Of a stretch of 64,000 bases of DNA, positions 8,570-20,600 are shown piece by piece; position 1 is the first letter of the stretch; each line of letters opens with the position of its first letter. Both the position numbers and the translations under genes were made by a program. The stretch lies in assembly GCA_964035545.1 (NCBI GenBank), contig OZ037770.1:6954729-7018728 (forward strand), read 5' to 3'. This DNA is from Bugula neritina (lineage: Eukaryota > Animalia > Bryozoa). The notes beneath the pieces are model-generated. The model was given only the letters and a program-made list of their open reading frames with translations, was not told the DNA's origin and did no database searches.

Positions 8570-10406
8570 CTGATAAACTGTAAAGCAATGTAACATAATT
8601 TAATATACTGTGATATAATATTGAGATAAACTGTAATACACTGTAACACACATTATTATAATATATTGCATTGTAAAACACTGTAGGATGTTGCAATGCA
8701 CTGTAACACACTATAATTATTATACTGTAATACAGTGTAGTACACTGTGATACGACGCAATGCACTGCAATGTACTGTAATATACCGTAACTAGCCGTAA
8801 AACTTTGTGATACAGTTTAATACTTTGTAATACACTGTAATACACTGTGATATACTGTAATACACTGTAATATACTGTAATACACTGTAATACACTGTAA
8901 TACACTGTGACAAACTGTAGAACACCGTAATAAACTCTGATGTATGGTGATAAACTGCAGTACATTGTGATATACTGTAATACACTGTAAAAGACTGTAA
9001 TATGCCCTAATACACTGGAATATACTGTAACAAACTGTAATACAATGTAATGGACTGTAATGCATTGAAATACACCGTAAGACACTGTGATATAATGCAA
9101 CAACTTGTGATAAACTTTGAAAAACTGCTATGCATAGTAATATACTTTATTGTATTGTGTTGAGACTGTAATAAACTGTAATATATTGCAATACACTGTA
9201 ATGCACTGTGATGCACTGTAATATACGTTAATACATTGTGATGCACTGTAATATATTGTGATAAACTGTTAAATATTGTGATAAACCTTAATATATGGTA
9301 ATGCACCATAATACACTGTAACACACTGTAGTATACTGTAATACACTGTAGTACACTGTAGTATAATGTAAAATATTGTGATACACTGCAATGCAGTGTA
9401 AGATACTGTGATATATTGAAATAGACAGCAATACACTGTAATATACAGGAAAAGGCAGTAATACGTTGTAATACACTGTTTAACATTGTAATGCACATTG
9501 TGATAAACTGTAATATATAGTAACACACTGTAATATACTGTAATACACTGCCATACACGGCAATACTCTATGGTACCCCGCAACAGGTTGTACGAAACTT
9601 TGATATAATGTAACAAACTGTAATATACTGTAATACAATGTAATATATTGTAATTTACTGTAGCATACTGTGATGAACAGTAATTTATTGAGATACACTG
9701 TAATATACTGTAATATATTATAAGACATTGTAACACACTGCAATAATCTGTAGTATAGTGTTATACATTGTAATATACTGAAATATACCGTATAACACTG
9801 TAATACACTGCAAATACACTATAATACATTGACACACTGTAATATATAGAGTAAGATGCTGTGAGAAACTGTAACATACAGTAATAAAATGTATAATTAA
9901 CTGTCAGATCCTATAACACACTGTAATAATATGTATTATAGAAAAATATATTGCACCATTTTATACTGTGATACACTGTAATACATTTTGAGGCATTGTA
10001 ATATTGTGTAACACACTGTAATACACTACAATAAACTGTAATACACTGTAATACACTGCAATAAATTGTAATAAAATGATTATTACACTGTAATACAATG
10101 TAATAAACTGTAAGATACTGTAATACACTGCATTGCAATATAATGCGCTGTAATAAGCTACAAGATGTTATACTGCAATACAGTACATTTCAATGTAAAA
10201 TACTGAAATATGAGGTAGTACACTGTAATGCATTGTAAACACTGTAATATACTGTTATAATTTGCAATACACTGTAATAAAATGTACTGCACTGCAATAC
10301 ACTGTAATATACTGTAGTACACTGTAATAATATACTGTAATAAATTGTGACACTGTAATACACACTAAGATACTGTAGGAATGCATTGCAATACAATGTA
10401 ATACAC
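8570..10406 (-). repeat. Degenerate 10-bp satellite (TACACTGTAA/TATACTGTAA)n
   Basis: For example 8831-8900 TACACTGTAA TACACTGTGA TATACTGTAA. Its reverse complement TTACAGTRTA resembles the monomer of the large array. Confidence 0.9.
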
Positions 10407-10407
10407 A

Positions 10408-10854
10408 GGGGACCTGTTCCGATTTTAGGTAAAAAGGCACAGGTAAAAATCGCACACTGGTGTTAAATTTTCCTAAATTTAAAGCTCAAACCCCAAACCC
10501 TCCATTCCAAGCCCCCGACCCTTGAACTCCAAACCCCTACCCCTAACTCAAATCCCCACCCCTAAACTTCAGAACTCCAGAAACAAACCCAAAATCTTCA
10601 CCTCAAACCAGTCTTTCAAACTCCAAACCCCCACCCCAATATTGAAAACATGTGCTATTTTTACCTACTTTTCCATTTGTGCCATCATTACCTGTGCCAT
10701 TTCTACTGGACACCACCCAATTGGAGAATATTTCAAATCACTCTTCATTGCTGAATTGTAAATCTACTCAATGGCCTTTGGGTTTGGGAAAATTTACCAC
10801 CAGTGTGCGATTTTTACCTGTGCCATTTTTTATTTAAAATTGGAACCGGTTCTT
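10408..10854. mobile_element. Non-autonomous TIR element (~447 bp) with ~65-bp imperfect TIRs and a C/A-rich interior
   Basis: Left GGGGACCTGTTCCGATTTTAGGTAAAAAGGCACAGGTAAAAATCGCACACTGGTG; right CACCAGTGTGCGATTTTTACCTGTGCCATTTTTTATTTAAAATTGGAACCGGTTCTT. Extra TTACCTGTGCCATTT at ~10688-10702. Confidence 0.8.
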
Positions 10855-11069
10855 CTCCTATAACAGTTCATTGAGTGTGGGGAACGACATCATGTTTTTA
10901 ATAGAGACGCCACCACATTGGTGTAATTTTAAAAACATTGCTGCTGCTATGAAAAGCAATGATATGATGATTGTTCTCCTGCATTTTTAAGTTCAGAATA
11001 TTTAGTGTAGCAAAGATATTAATGAGTTATGTAGTATACTATTCATTGAAACTGACTTGCATGGCTGCT

Positions 11070-11490
11070 GAAAGTTGGCCCGAAGCTAGAAGAAGCAGGA
11101 TGGCAGGCACCTCGGAGGTCTCGAAGACCGCAAGGCCTACCCGATCCTCCAGCCTGGCCACTCCGTAACCGGTTCGCGGGGTTGCCCGAGGAGGATGTGG
11201 AAGAGGACTCAGCTTACTCGCAACGGTACCCCAAGCTGTCATTCCGACCTCAGAAAACTCCCGTCGTCTTCAAGACAACACAGAGGAGGCCCGCTGTGCG
11301 AACCCACTTTGTGCCTCCCCTAGAGACTAACCGCTCCAGGAGCACCCAGCAGTATGGAAGCAGCTACTTCCCGCTCGGAAAAAAACTCGGGTAAAGCTGT
11401 CACATTCCTACTGGATACTGGAGGCACTACCAACCTGTTGAGTAGGCGTCTCTTTGACACTCTTGGTGCCTGAGAGCAGGCGAGCCTGAG
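11070..11490 (+). pseudogene. Fragment of a second, related Gypsy element (protease N-terminus), truncated by the satellite
   Basis: GSSYFPLGK, then a frameshift in the A-run at ~11379-11385, then SGKAVTFLLDTGGTTNLLSRRLFDTLGA*. Compare AGKPARFLLDTGCTTNLLGRRFFDTLSA in the first element. Confidence 0.85.
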
Positions 11491-12565
11491 CCAGTGTGCT
11501 AAACTTAGCCAAAGATGCTAATAGTGCCAATAAGTGCCCAGAGGTTCTGAAATGTGCCCAATAGTGCTAATAGTACATTGATTGTGCTCAACAGTGCCAA
11601 AATGTGCTAAGACATGCCCAAATGTGCTGAATTGAGCCAAATATGCTAACACTAACTATAAATGTCCAGAAGTTCCGAAACAGGCCTAATAGTGCTAATA
11701 GTAGAACTAGTCTGCCAAACAGTGGCCAAATGTGCTAAAACATGTCCAAATGTGCTAAAACATTCCCCAATGTGCAATCTTGAGCCAAATATGCTAATAG
11801 TACAAATAAGTGCTCCGAGGTACTGAAACGTGCCCAAGAGTGCTAGTAGTAAAACTAGTGTGCACAACAGTTCTCAAATGCGTTAAAACATGTCCAAATG
11901 TGCTAAATTGAGCAAAATATAGTATTAGTACCAATACGTGCCCAGAGGTTTTGAAATGTGCGCAATAGTGCAAATAGTAAAACTAGTTGCTTAACAGGTC
12001 CCAATTGTGCGAAAACATGCCCAAATGTGCTAAATTGAGCCAAATATGCTAATAGTACCAATACGTGCCCAGAGATTTTGAAACGTGCGCAATAGTGCAA
12101 ATAGTAGAACTAGTTGCCTATCAGGTCCCAAATGTGCTAAAACATGCCCAAATGTGCTAAATTGTGCCAAACATGCTAATAGTACCAATAAGTGCCCAGA
12201 GGTTCTGAAACGTGCCCAATGGCGCTAATAGTAAAACTAGTGCGCTCAACAGTTCCCAAATGTGCTAAAACATGCCCAAATGTGCTGAATTGAGCCAAAT
12301 ATGCAAATAAAGACAATAAGTGCCCAGAAGTTCTGAAATAGGCCCTATAGTGCTAATAGTAGAAATAGTGTGCTTAACAGTGCCCAAATGAGCTAAAACA
12401 TGCCCAAACATGCTAAATTTAGCCAAAGATGCTAATAGTGCCAATAGGTGCTCAGAAGTTCTGAAAAGTGCCCTATAGTGCTAATAGTATACCTAGTCTG
12501 CTTGACAGTGCCCGAATGTGCTGAAATATGCCCAAATGTGCTAAATTGAGCCAAATATGCTAATA

Positions 12566-13321
12566 CACAGGATAGTTTAGGGCAACCTTTTAGCTGCAAC
12601 TGCCTTGCTGAGGTTTGCATTGTAATCATATAATAATTCAGTGCCAGGAAAATGAAATCTCACCTAATTGTGCTAGAGTCAAAATTTAAAAACTCTGTTG
12701 TAGATCTTTTATTTTTCCAGTGTAAGTTTTTTGGAAACTTCAATTTTCAATTTTTTTGCGAAGTTATAGACAAAGAACTGCCCAATTTTGGCCAATTTTG
12801 CCTGAAAAGCTGACTTTTCAGTGGCAGTAAAATATCTCAGCAGCAAAACATGATATCTGAATAAAAATTGCGCTGCTAGAATCCTGAGACATTTCTCCAG
12901 TGCAAATTGTTTTCTTTTTCCAATAACTTTTCTAGATTGCCCAGAAATTGGTGATTTATACACTGAAAATGCCATATTTTTTCATGGGTAATTAGCAGCG
13001 CGCAGCCCTTCACGCTTCAATGAGCACCTAGAGATCAGAAGATATTGGCGCGTACATGCTAATTACAGGGTTGCTTGCTGGCAGGCCATAATGAGTAGCT
13101 CGCTTTGTACTTTGTTTATGTAGCACCCATAATGGAATGTTGATAGAAAACACAACCCGAACGAAGGTTGCTGCTTATTGGTTGTAGTTTGATCTTAGGC
13201 TAAACAAATGCAAGTAGGCAAGACGCATGCCACCCGCAGGGCAATATTATTCAAGAACATAAACTACATTTTGAGAGAAATTTGTGATATTCTTAGTGAG
13301 GGTGCCCTTAACTATCCTGTG
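12566..13321 (-). mobile_element. CACAG-MITE copy 1 (756 bp), CMC/EnSpm-like, 2-bp TA TSD
   Basis: TIRs CACAGGATAGTT(T/A)AGGGCA...TGCCCTTAACTATCCTGTG; flanks CTAATA|...|TAGTAAC against the empty site CTAATAGTAAC. Confidence 0.92.
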
Positions 13322-13392
13322 TAGTAACAATAAGCGCTCAGAGGTTCTGAAATTTTCCCAATAGTGCTAATAGTAGAACTAGTGTGCTCAAC

Positions 13393-13432
13393 AGGCAGTT
13401 GCAGCTAAAAGGTTGCCCTTAACTATCCTGTG
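13393..13432 (+). mobile_element. Solo 40-bp terminus of the CACAG-MITE
   Basis: AGGCAGTTGCAGCTAAAAGGTTGCCCTTAACTATCCTGTG embedded in satellite B. Confidence 0.88.
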
Positions 13433-16400
13433 AAGTGCCAAGAAATTCTGAAACAGGCCCAATAGTGCTAATAGTGTGCCTAACAGTGCCCAAACGTGCT
13501 TAAACAAGCCAAAATGTGCTAAAACATGCCCAAATGTGCTAAAACATGCCAAATATGCTAATAGCATCAATAAGTTCCCAGAGGTTCTGAAACGTGCCCA
13601 ATACTGCTAATAATAGAACTAGTGTGCGCAACAGTGCCCAAATGTGCTAAAACATTCCCAAATGTGCTAAAACATGCCTAAATGTGCTAAATTGAGCCAA
13701 ATGTGCTGATAAGGCCAATAAGTGCCCAGAGGTTTTAAAATGCGCCCAATAGTGGTAATAGTAGAACTAGTCTGCGCAACAGGGCCAAAATGTGCTAAAA
13801 CAAGCCCAAATGTGCAAAACTGAGCCAAATATGCTAATAGTAACAATAAGGTTCAGAAGTTCTGAAACAGGCCCAATAGTGCTAATAGTAGAACTAGTGT
13901 GCTCAACAGTGCCAAAATGTGCTAAAACACGCCCAAATGTGCTAAACTGAGCCAAATATGCTAATAGTAACAATAAGGTCCAGAAGTTCTGAAACAGGCC
14001 CAATGGTGCTAATAGTAGAACTAGTCTGCCTAATAGTGCCCAAATGTGCTAAAACATGCCCCAATGTCCTAAAACATGCCAAAATGTGCTAAATTGAGAC
14101 AAATATTCTGATAGTAAAAATAAGTGCCCAGAGGTTCTAAAACGTGCCCAATGGTGCTTATAGTAAAACTAATGTGCTCAACAGTTCTTAAATGTGCTAA
14201 AACATGCCCAAATGTGCGGAATTGAGCCAAATATACTAATAGTAACAACAAGTGCCCAGAGGTTTTGAAATGTGCCCTAAAGTGCTATTAGTAGAAGAAC
14301 TGTGCTTAACAGTAACAAAAAGTGCTAAAACATGCTCAAATGTGCTAAATTGAGCCATATTTGCTAAGAGTAACGATAAGGTCCAGAAGTTCTGAAACAG
14401 GCCCAATGTTGCCAATAGTAGAACTAGTGTGCTTAACAGTGCCCAAATGTGCTAAAACATGTCCAAATGTGCTAAAACATGCCCCAATGTGCAATATTGA
14501 GTCAAATATGCTAATGGTACCAATAAGTGCCCAGAGGCTCTGAAACGTGCCCAATGGCGCTAATAGTAAAACGAAATGTCCCTAACAGTTCCCAAATGTG
14601 CTAAAACATGCCTAAATGTACTAAATTGAGCCAAATGTGCTGATGAAGCCAATAAGTGCCCAGAGGTTTTGAAATGTGCTCAACAGTGCTAATAGTGGAA
14701 CTAGTGTGCTTAACAGTGCCCAAATGTGCTAAAAAATTCTCAAATTGGCTAAAACATGCCCAAATGTGGTAGATTGGGCAAAATATACTATTAGTACCAA
14801 TAGGGCCCAGAGGTATTGCAAAGCGCGCAACAGTGCAAATAGCGGAACTAGTTGCTTAAAAGGTCCGAAATGTGCTAAAACATGCTCAAAGGTGTTAAAT
14901 TAGGTCAAATATGCTAACACTACCAATGAGTGCGCAGAGGTTCTGAAATGTGTCCTATAGTGCTATAAGTAGAAATAGTGTGCTTAACAGTACCAAAATG
15001 TGCTAAAACAAACACAAATGTGCTGAATTGAGCCGAATATGCTAAAAGTAACAATAAAGTCCAAAAGTTCTGAAACAGGCCCAAAAATGTTAATAGTAGA
15101 ACTAGTGTGACTAACAGTGCCCAAATGTGCTAAAACATGTCCAAATGTGCTAAAACATGCCCAAATGTGCTAATTTAAGCCAAATATGCTAATAGTAATA
15201 ATAAGTGCCCAGAACTTCTGGAACGTTTCCAATAGTGCAAATAGTAAAACTAGTGTGCTTAACAGTGCCCAAAAGTGCTAAAACATGCCCAGATGTGCTA
15301 TATTGAGAAAAAATATTCTAATAGTAACAATGAGTGCCCAGAGGTTCTGAAATGTGCCAAATGGCGCTAATAGTAAAACTAATGTGCTCAACAGCTCCCA
15401 AATCTGCTAAAACATGCCCAAATGTGCTGAATTGAGCCAAATATGCTAATAGTAACAACAAGTGCTCAGAGGTTCTGACACATTCCCAATAGTGGTAATA
15501 GTAGAACTAGTGTGCTCAACACTTTTCAAATCTGCCAAAACAAACCCAAAGGTGCTAAATTGAGCCAAATGTGCTAATAAGGCCAATAAGTGCCCAAAGG
15601 TTCTGAAATGTGCTAATAGTGCTAATAGTGGAACTAGTGTGCCTAACAGTGCCGAAATGTGATAAAACATGCCCAAATGTGCTAAATTGAGCTGAATATG
15701 AAAAAGTACCAATAAGTGCCCAGAACTTCTGAAAGGTTCTCAATAGTGCAAAAAGTAGAAATGCTGTGCCTAACAATACCAAAATGTGCTAAAACAAACC
15801 CAAATGTGCTAAATGGAGCCAAATATGCTAATAGTAACAATATGTGCTCCGAGGTTCAGAAACGTTCCCAATAGTGCTAACAGTAGAATTAGTGTGCTCA
15901 ACAGTGCCAAAAAGTGCTAAAACATGCCCAAATGTGCTAAACTGAGTCAAATATGCTAATAGTAACAATAAGGTCCAGAAGTTCTGAAACATGCCCAATA
16001 GTGCTAATAGTAGAACTAGTGTGCCTAAATGTGCCTAAATGTGCTAAAACATGTCCAAATGTGCTAAAACATGCTTCAATGTGCAATCTTGAGCCAAATA
16101 TGCTAAGAGTACCAATAAGTGCTCAGAGGTTCAGAAACGTTCCCAATAAAGCTAACAGTAGAACTAGTGGTCTCAACAGTGCCAAAAAGTGCTAAAACAT
16201 GCCTAAATGTACTAAATTGAGCCAAATATGCTGATAAAGCCAATAAGTGCCTAGAGGTTCTGAAATGTGCCCAACAGTGCTAATAGTGGAACTGGTGTGC
16301 TCAACAGTGCCAAAATGTGCTAAAACATGCCCAATTGTGCTAAATTGAGCAAAATATGCTTATAGAAACAATAAGGTCCGGAAGTTCTGAAACAGGCCCA

Positions 16401-16871
16401 ACAGTGCTAATAGTAGAACTGGTGTGCCTAACAGTGCCTAAATGTGCTAAAATATGTCCAAATGTGCTAAAACATGCCTCAATGTGCAATTTTGAGCCAA
16501 ATATGCTAATAGTACCAATAAGTGCCCAGAACCTCTGGAACGTTTTCAATAGTGCAAACAGTAGAAATAGTGTGCTTAACAGTGCCCAAAAGTGCTAAAA
16601 CATGCCCAAATGTGCTAAATTTAGACAAATATCCTAATAGTAACAATAAGTGCCCAGAGGTTCTGAAATGTGCCCAATGGCGCTAATAGTAAAACTAATG
16701 TGCTCAACAGCTCCCAAATCTGCTAAAACATGCCCAAATTTGCTAAATTGAGCCAAATATGCTAATAGTAACAATGAGTGCCAAGAAGTTCTGAAGCAGG
16801 CCCAATAGTGCTGAAATGGCGCTAATAGTAAAACTAATGTGCTCAACAGCTCCCAAATCTGCTAGAACATG

Positions 16872-17624
16872 CACAGGATAGTTAAGGGCAACCTTTTAGC
16901 TGCAACTGCCTTGCTGAGGTTTGCATTGTAATCATATAAGAATTCAGTACCAGTAAAATAAAATCTCACCTAATTGTGCTAGAGTCAAAATTTAAAAACT
17001 ATGTTGTAGATCTTGTTTTTCCCCAGTGCAATTTTTTGGAAACTTCAATTTTCATTTTTTTGCAAAGCTATAGACAAAAAACTGCCCAATTTTGGCCAGT
17101 TTTGCCATAAAAGCTGACTTTTCAGTACCAGTAAAATGTCTCAGCAGCAAAAGATGATATCTGAATAAAAATTGCACTGCTGGAATCCTGAGATATTTCT
17201 CCTGTGCAAATTTTTTTCATTTTCCAATAACTCTGCTAGATTGCCCATAAATCGGTGATTTATACACTGAAAATGCCATATTTTTCATAAGAAACTAGCA
17301 GCGCGCAGTGCTTCACGCTTCAATGAGCACCTAGAGATGAGAAGATATTGGCGCGTACATGCTAATTATAGGCTTGCTAGCTGGCAGGCTCTAATGAATA
17401 GCTTGCTTTGTACTTTGTTTATGTAGCACCCATAATGGAATGTTGATAGATAACGCAGCCCTAATGAAGGTTGCTGCTCATTGGCTGTAGTTTATTCTTA
17501 GGCTAAACAAATGCAAGTAGGCAACACGCATGCCACCCGCAGAATGATATTATTCAAGAACCTGAACTACATTTTGAAAGAAATTTATGATATTCTTAGT
17601 GAGGATGCCCTTAACTATCCTGTG
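16872..17624 (-). mobile_element. CACAG-MITE copy 2 (753 bp), 2-bp TG TSD
   Basis: Same TIRs; flanks ACATG|...|TGCCCA against the empty site ACATGCCCA. Confidence 0.92.
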
Positions 17625-20600
17625 TGCCCAAATGTGCTAAATCGAGCCAAATATGCTAATAGTAACAATGAGTGCCAAGAAGTTCTGAAACAGGCCAAAT
17701 AGTGCTGATAGTAGAACTAGTGTGCCTAACAGTTTCCAAATCTGCTAAAACATGTCCAAATAATATGTTAAAACATGCCCAAATGTGGGAAATTGAGCAA
17801 AATATGCTAATAGTACCAATGGGGCCCAGAAGTTTTAAAACGTGCGCAATAGTGCAAATAGTAGAACTAGTGTGCTTAACAGGTTCCAAATGTGCTAAAA
17901 CATGCCCAAATGTGCGAAATTGAGCCATATATGCCAAAAGTACCAATGAGTGCCCAGAGAGACTGAAATGTGTTCTGAAGTGCTATTAGTAGAAGAACTG
18001 TGCTTAACAGTGCCAACATGTGCTAAAACATGCTCAAATGTGCTAAATTGAGCCAATTATACTAATAGTAACATCAAGTGCCCAGAAGTTCTGAAATGTG
18101 CCCTAAAGTGCTATTAGTAGAAGAACTGTGCTTAACAGTAACAAAGAGTGCTAAAACATGAAAAAATATGCTAAATTAAGCCCAATATGCTAATAGTACC
18201 AATAAGTTCCGAAAGGTTCTGAATTGTGCCTAATAGTGCTAATAATAGAACTAGTGTGCTTAACAGTGCCCAAATGTCCTAAAACATTTTCAAATTGGCT
18301 AAAACATGCCCAAATTGCAATCTTGTGACAAATATGCTAATAGTAACAATAAGTGCTCAGAGGTTCTGAAACGTGCGCAATAGTGCAAATAATAGAACTA
18401 ATGTGCTTAACAGTGCCCAAATGTGCTAAAACATGCCCAAAGGTACTAAATTAGGCCAAATATGCTAATAGTACCAATGGGTGCGCAGAGGTTCTGAAAT
18501 GTGCCCTATAATGCTAATAGTAGAAATAGTGTGCCTAACAGTACCAAAATGTGCTAAATTGAACCCAAATGTGCTAAATTGAGCCAAATATGCTAATAGT
18601 AACACTTAGTGCTCAGACGTTCTGAAACGTTCCCAATAGTGCTTGTAGTAGAACTAGACTGCTTAACGGTGCCCGAATGTGGAAAAACATGCCCAAATGT
18701 GCTAAATTGAACTGAATATGAAATAGTAGCAATAAGTGCCCATTACCTCTGAAAGGTTATCAATAATGCAAACAGTAGAAATAGTGTGCCTAACAGTACC
18801 AAAATGAGCTAAAACAAACCCAAATGTGCTAAACTGAGCCAAATATGCTAATAGTAACAATAAGTGCTCAGAGGTTCTGAACCGTTTCCAATAGTCTAAT
18901 AGTATAACTAGTGTGCTCAACAGTGCCAAACTGTGCTAAAACATGCCCAAATGGGCTAAGTTGAGCCAAATATGCTAATAGTACCAATAAGTTCCCAGAG
19001 GGTTTGAAACGTGCCCAATCGTGCTAATAATAGAACTAATGTGCTTAACAGTGCCCAAATGTGCTAAAACATGTCCAAATGTGTTAAAACATGCCAAAAT
19101 GTAGTAGATTGAGCAAAATGTGCTAATAGTACCAATAAGTTCCCAGAGGTTCTGAAAGGTGCCCAATAGTGCTAATAATAGAACTAATGTGCTTAACAGT
19201 GCCCAAATGTGCTAAAACATTCTCAAACTGGCTAAAACATGCCAAAATGTGGTAGATTGAGCAAAATATGCTAATAGTACCAGTACGTTCCCAGAGGTAT
19301 TGAAATGTGCGGAATAGTGCAAATAGCAGAACTAGTTGCTTAAAAGGTCCCAAATGTGCTAAAACATGCCCAAAGATGCTAAATTAGGCCAATTATGCTA
19401 ATAGTACTAATGGGTGCGCAGAGGTTCTAAAACCGGCAAAATAGTGCTAATAGTAGAACTAGTGTGCTCAACAGTGCCAAAATGTGCGAAAACAAACCCG
19501 AATGTGCTAAATTGAGCCGAGTATGCTAATATTAACACTAAGTGCTCAGAGGTTCTGAAACGTTCCCAATAGTGCTAATAGTATAACTAGTGTGCTCAAC
19601 AGTGCCAAAATGTGCTAAAACATGCCCAAATGTGCTAAATTGAGCCAAATAGGCTGATAAGGCCAATAAGTGCCAAGAGATTCTGAAATGTGCCGAATAG
19701 TGCTAATAGTAGAACTAGTGTGCTCATCAGTGCCAAAATGTGCTAAAACATTCCCAAATGTGCTGAATTGAGCCAAATATGCTAATAGTAACAATAAGGT
19801 CCAGAAGTTCTGAAACAGGCTAAATAGTGCTAATAATAGAACTAGTGTGCCTAACAATGCCCAAACGTGCTAAAACATGTCCAAATGTGCTAAAACACGC
19901 CCCAATGTGCAATCTGGAGCCAAATATGCTAATAGTACCAATAAGTGCCCAGAACTTCTGGAACGCTTTCAATAGTGCAATTAGTAGAACTAGTGTGCTT
20001 AACAGTGCCCAAATGTGTTAAAACATGCCCAATTGTGCTAAATTGAGACAAATATTCTAATACTAACAATAGATGCCCAGAGTTTTTGAAACGTGCCCAA
20101 TGGCGCTAATAGTGAAACTAATGTGCTCAACAGTGCCCAAATGTGATAAAACATGCTTAAAATTGCTAAATTGAGCCAAATGTGCTGATAAAGCCAATAA
20201 ATGCCTAGAGGTTCTGAAATGTGCCCAACAGCGCTAATAGTGGAACTAGTGTGCCTAACGGTGCCTAAATGAGATAAAATATGCCCAAATGTGCTGAATT
20301 GAGCCAAATATGCTAATAGTACAAATGAGTGCCCAGAAATTTTGAAACGGGCCCAATAGTGCTAATAGTAGAACTAGTGTGCGTAACAGTGCCCAAATGT
20401 GCTAAAACATGTCCAAATGTGTTAAAACATGCCCAAATGTGGTAAATTGAGCAAAATATGCTAATAGTATCAATAGGGCTCAGAGGTTCTGACAGATTCC
20501 CAATAGTGCTAATAGTAGAACTAGTCTGCTCAACAGTGCCAAAATGCGCTAATACATGCCTAAATGTGCTAAGTTGAGTCAAATATGCTAATAAAAACAA

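Noticed and set aside
8514-10455. Minus-strand ORFs of the YYSVLQCITV type
   Set aside because: Same artefact, from the reverse-oriented 10-bp repeat.
10488-10640. Telomere-like CCCTAAC/AAACCC tract
   Set aside because: Highly degenerate and internal to a TIR element; not a telomeric array.
12709-12975. Recurrent MITE ORF MAFSVYKSPI... (also 43706-44002)
   Set aside because: Short, with no transposase motif. It is broken in copy 2 and by a TAG at ~40861 in copy 3, and recurs only because the MITE is repeated.
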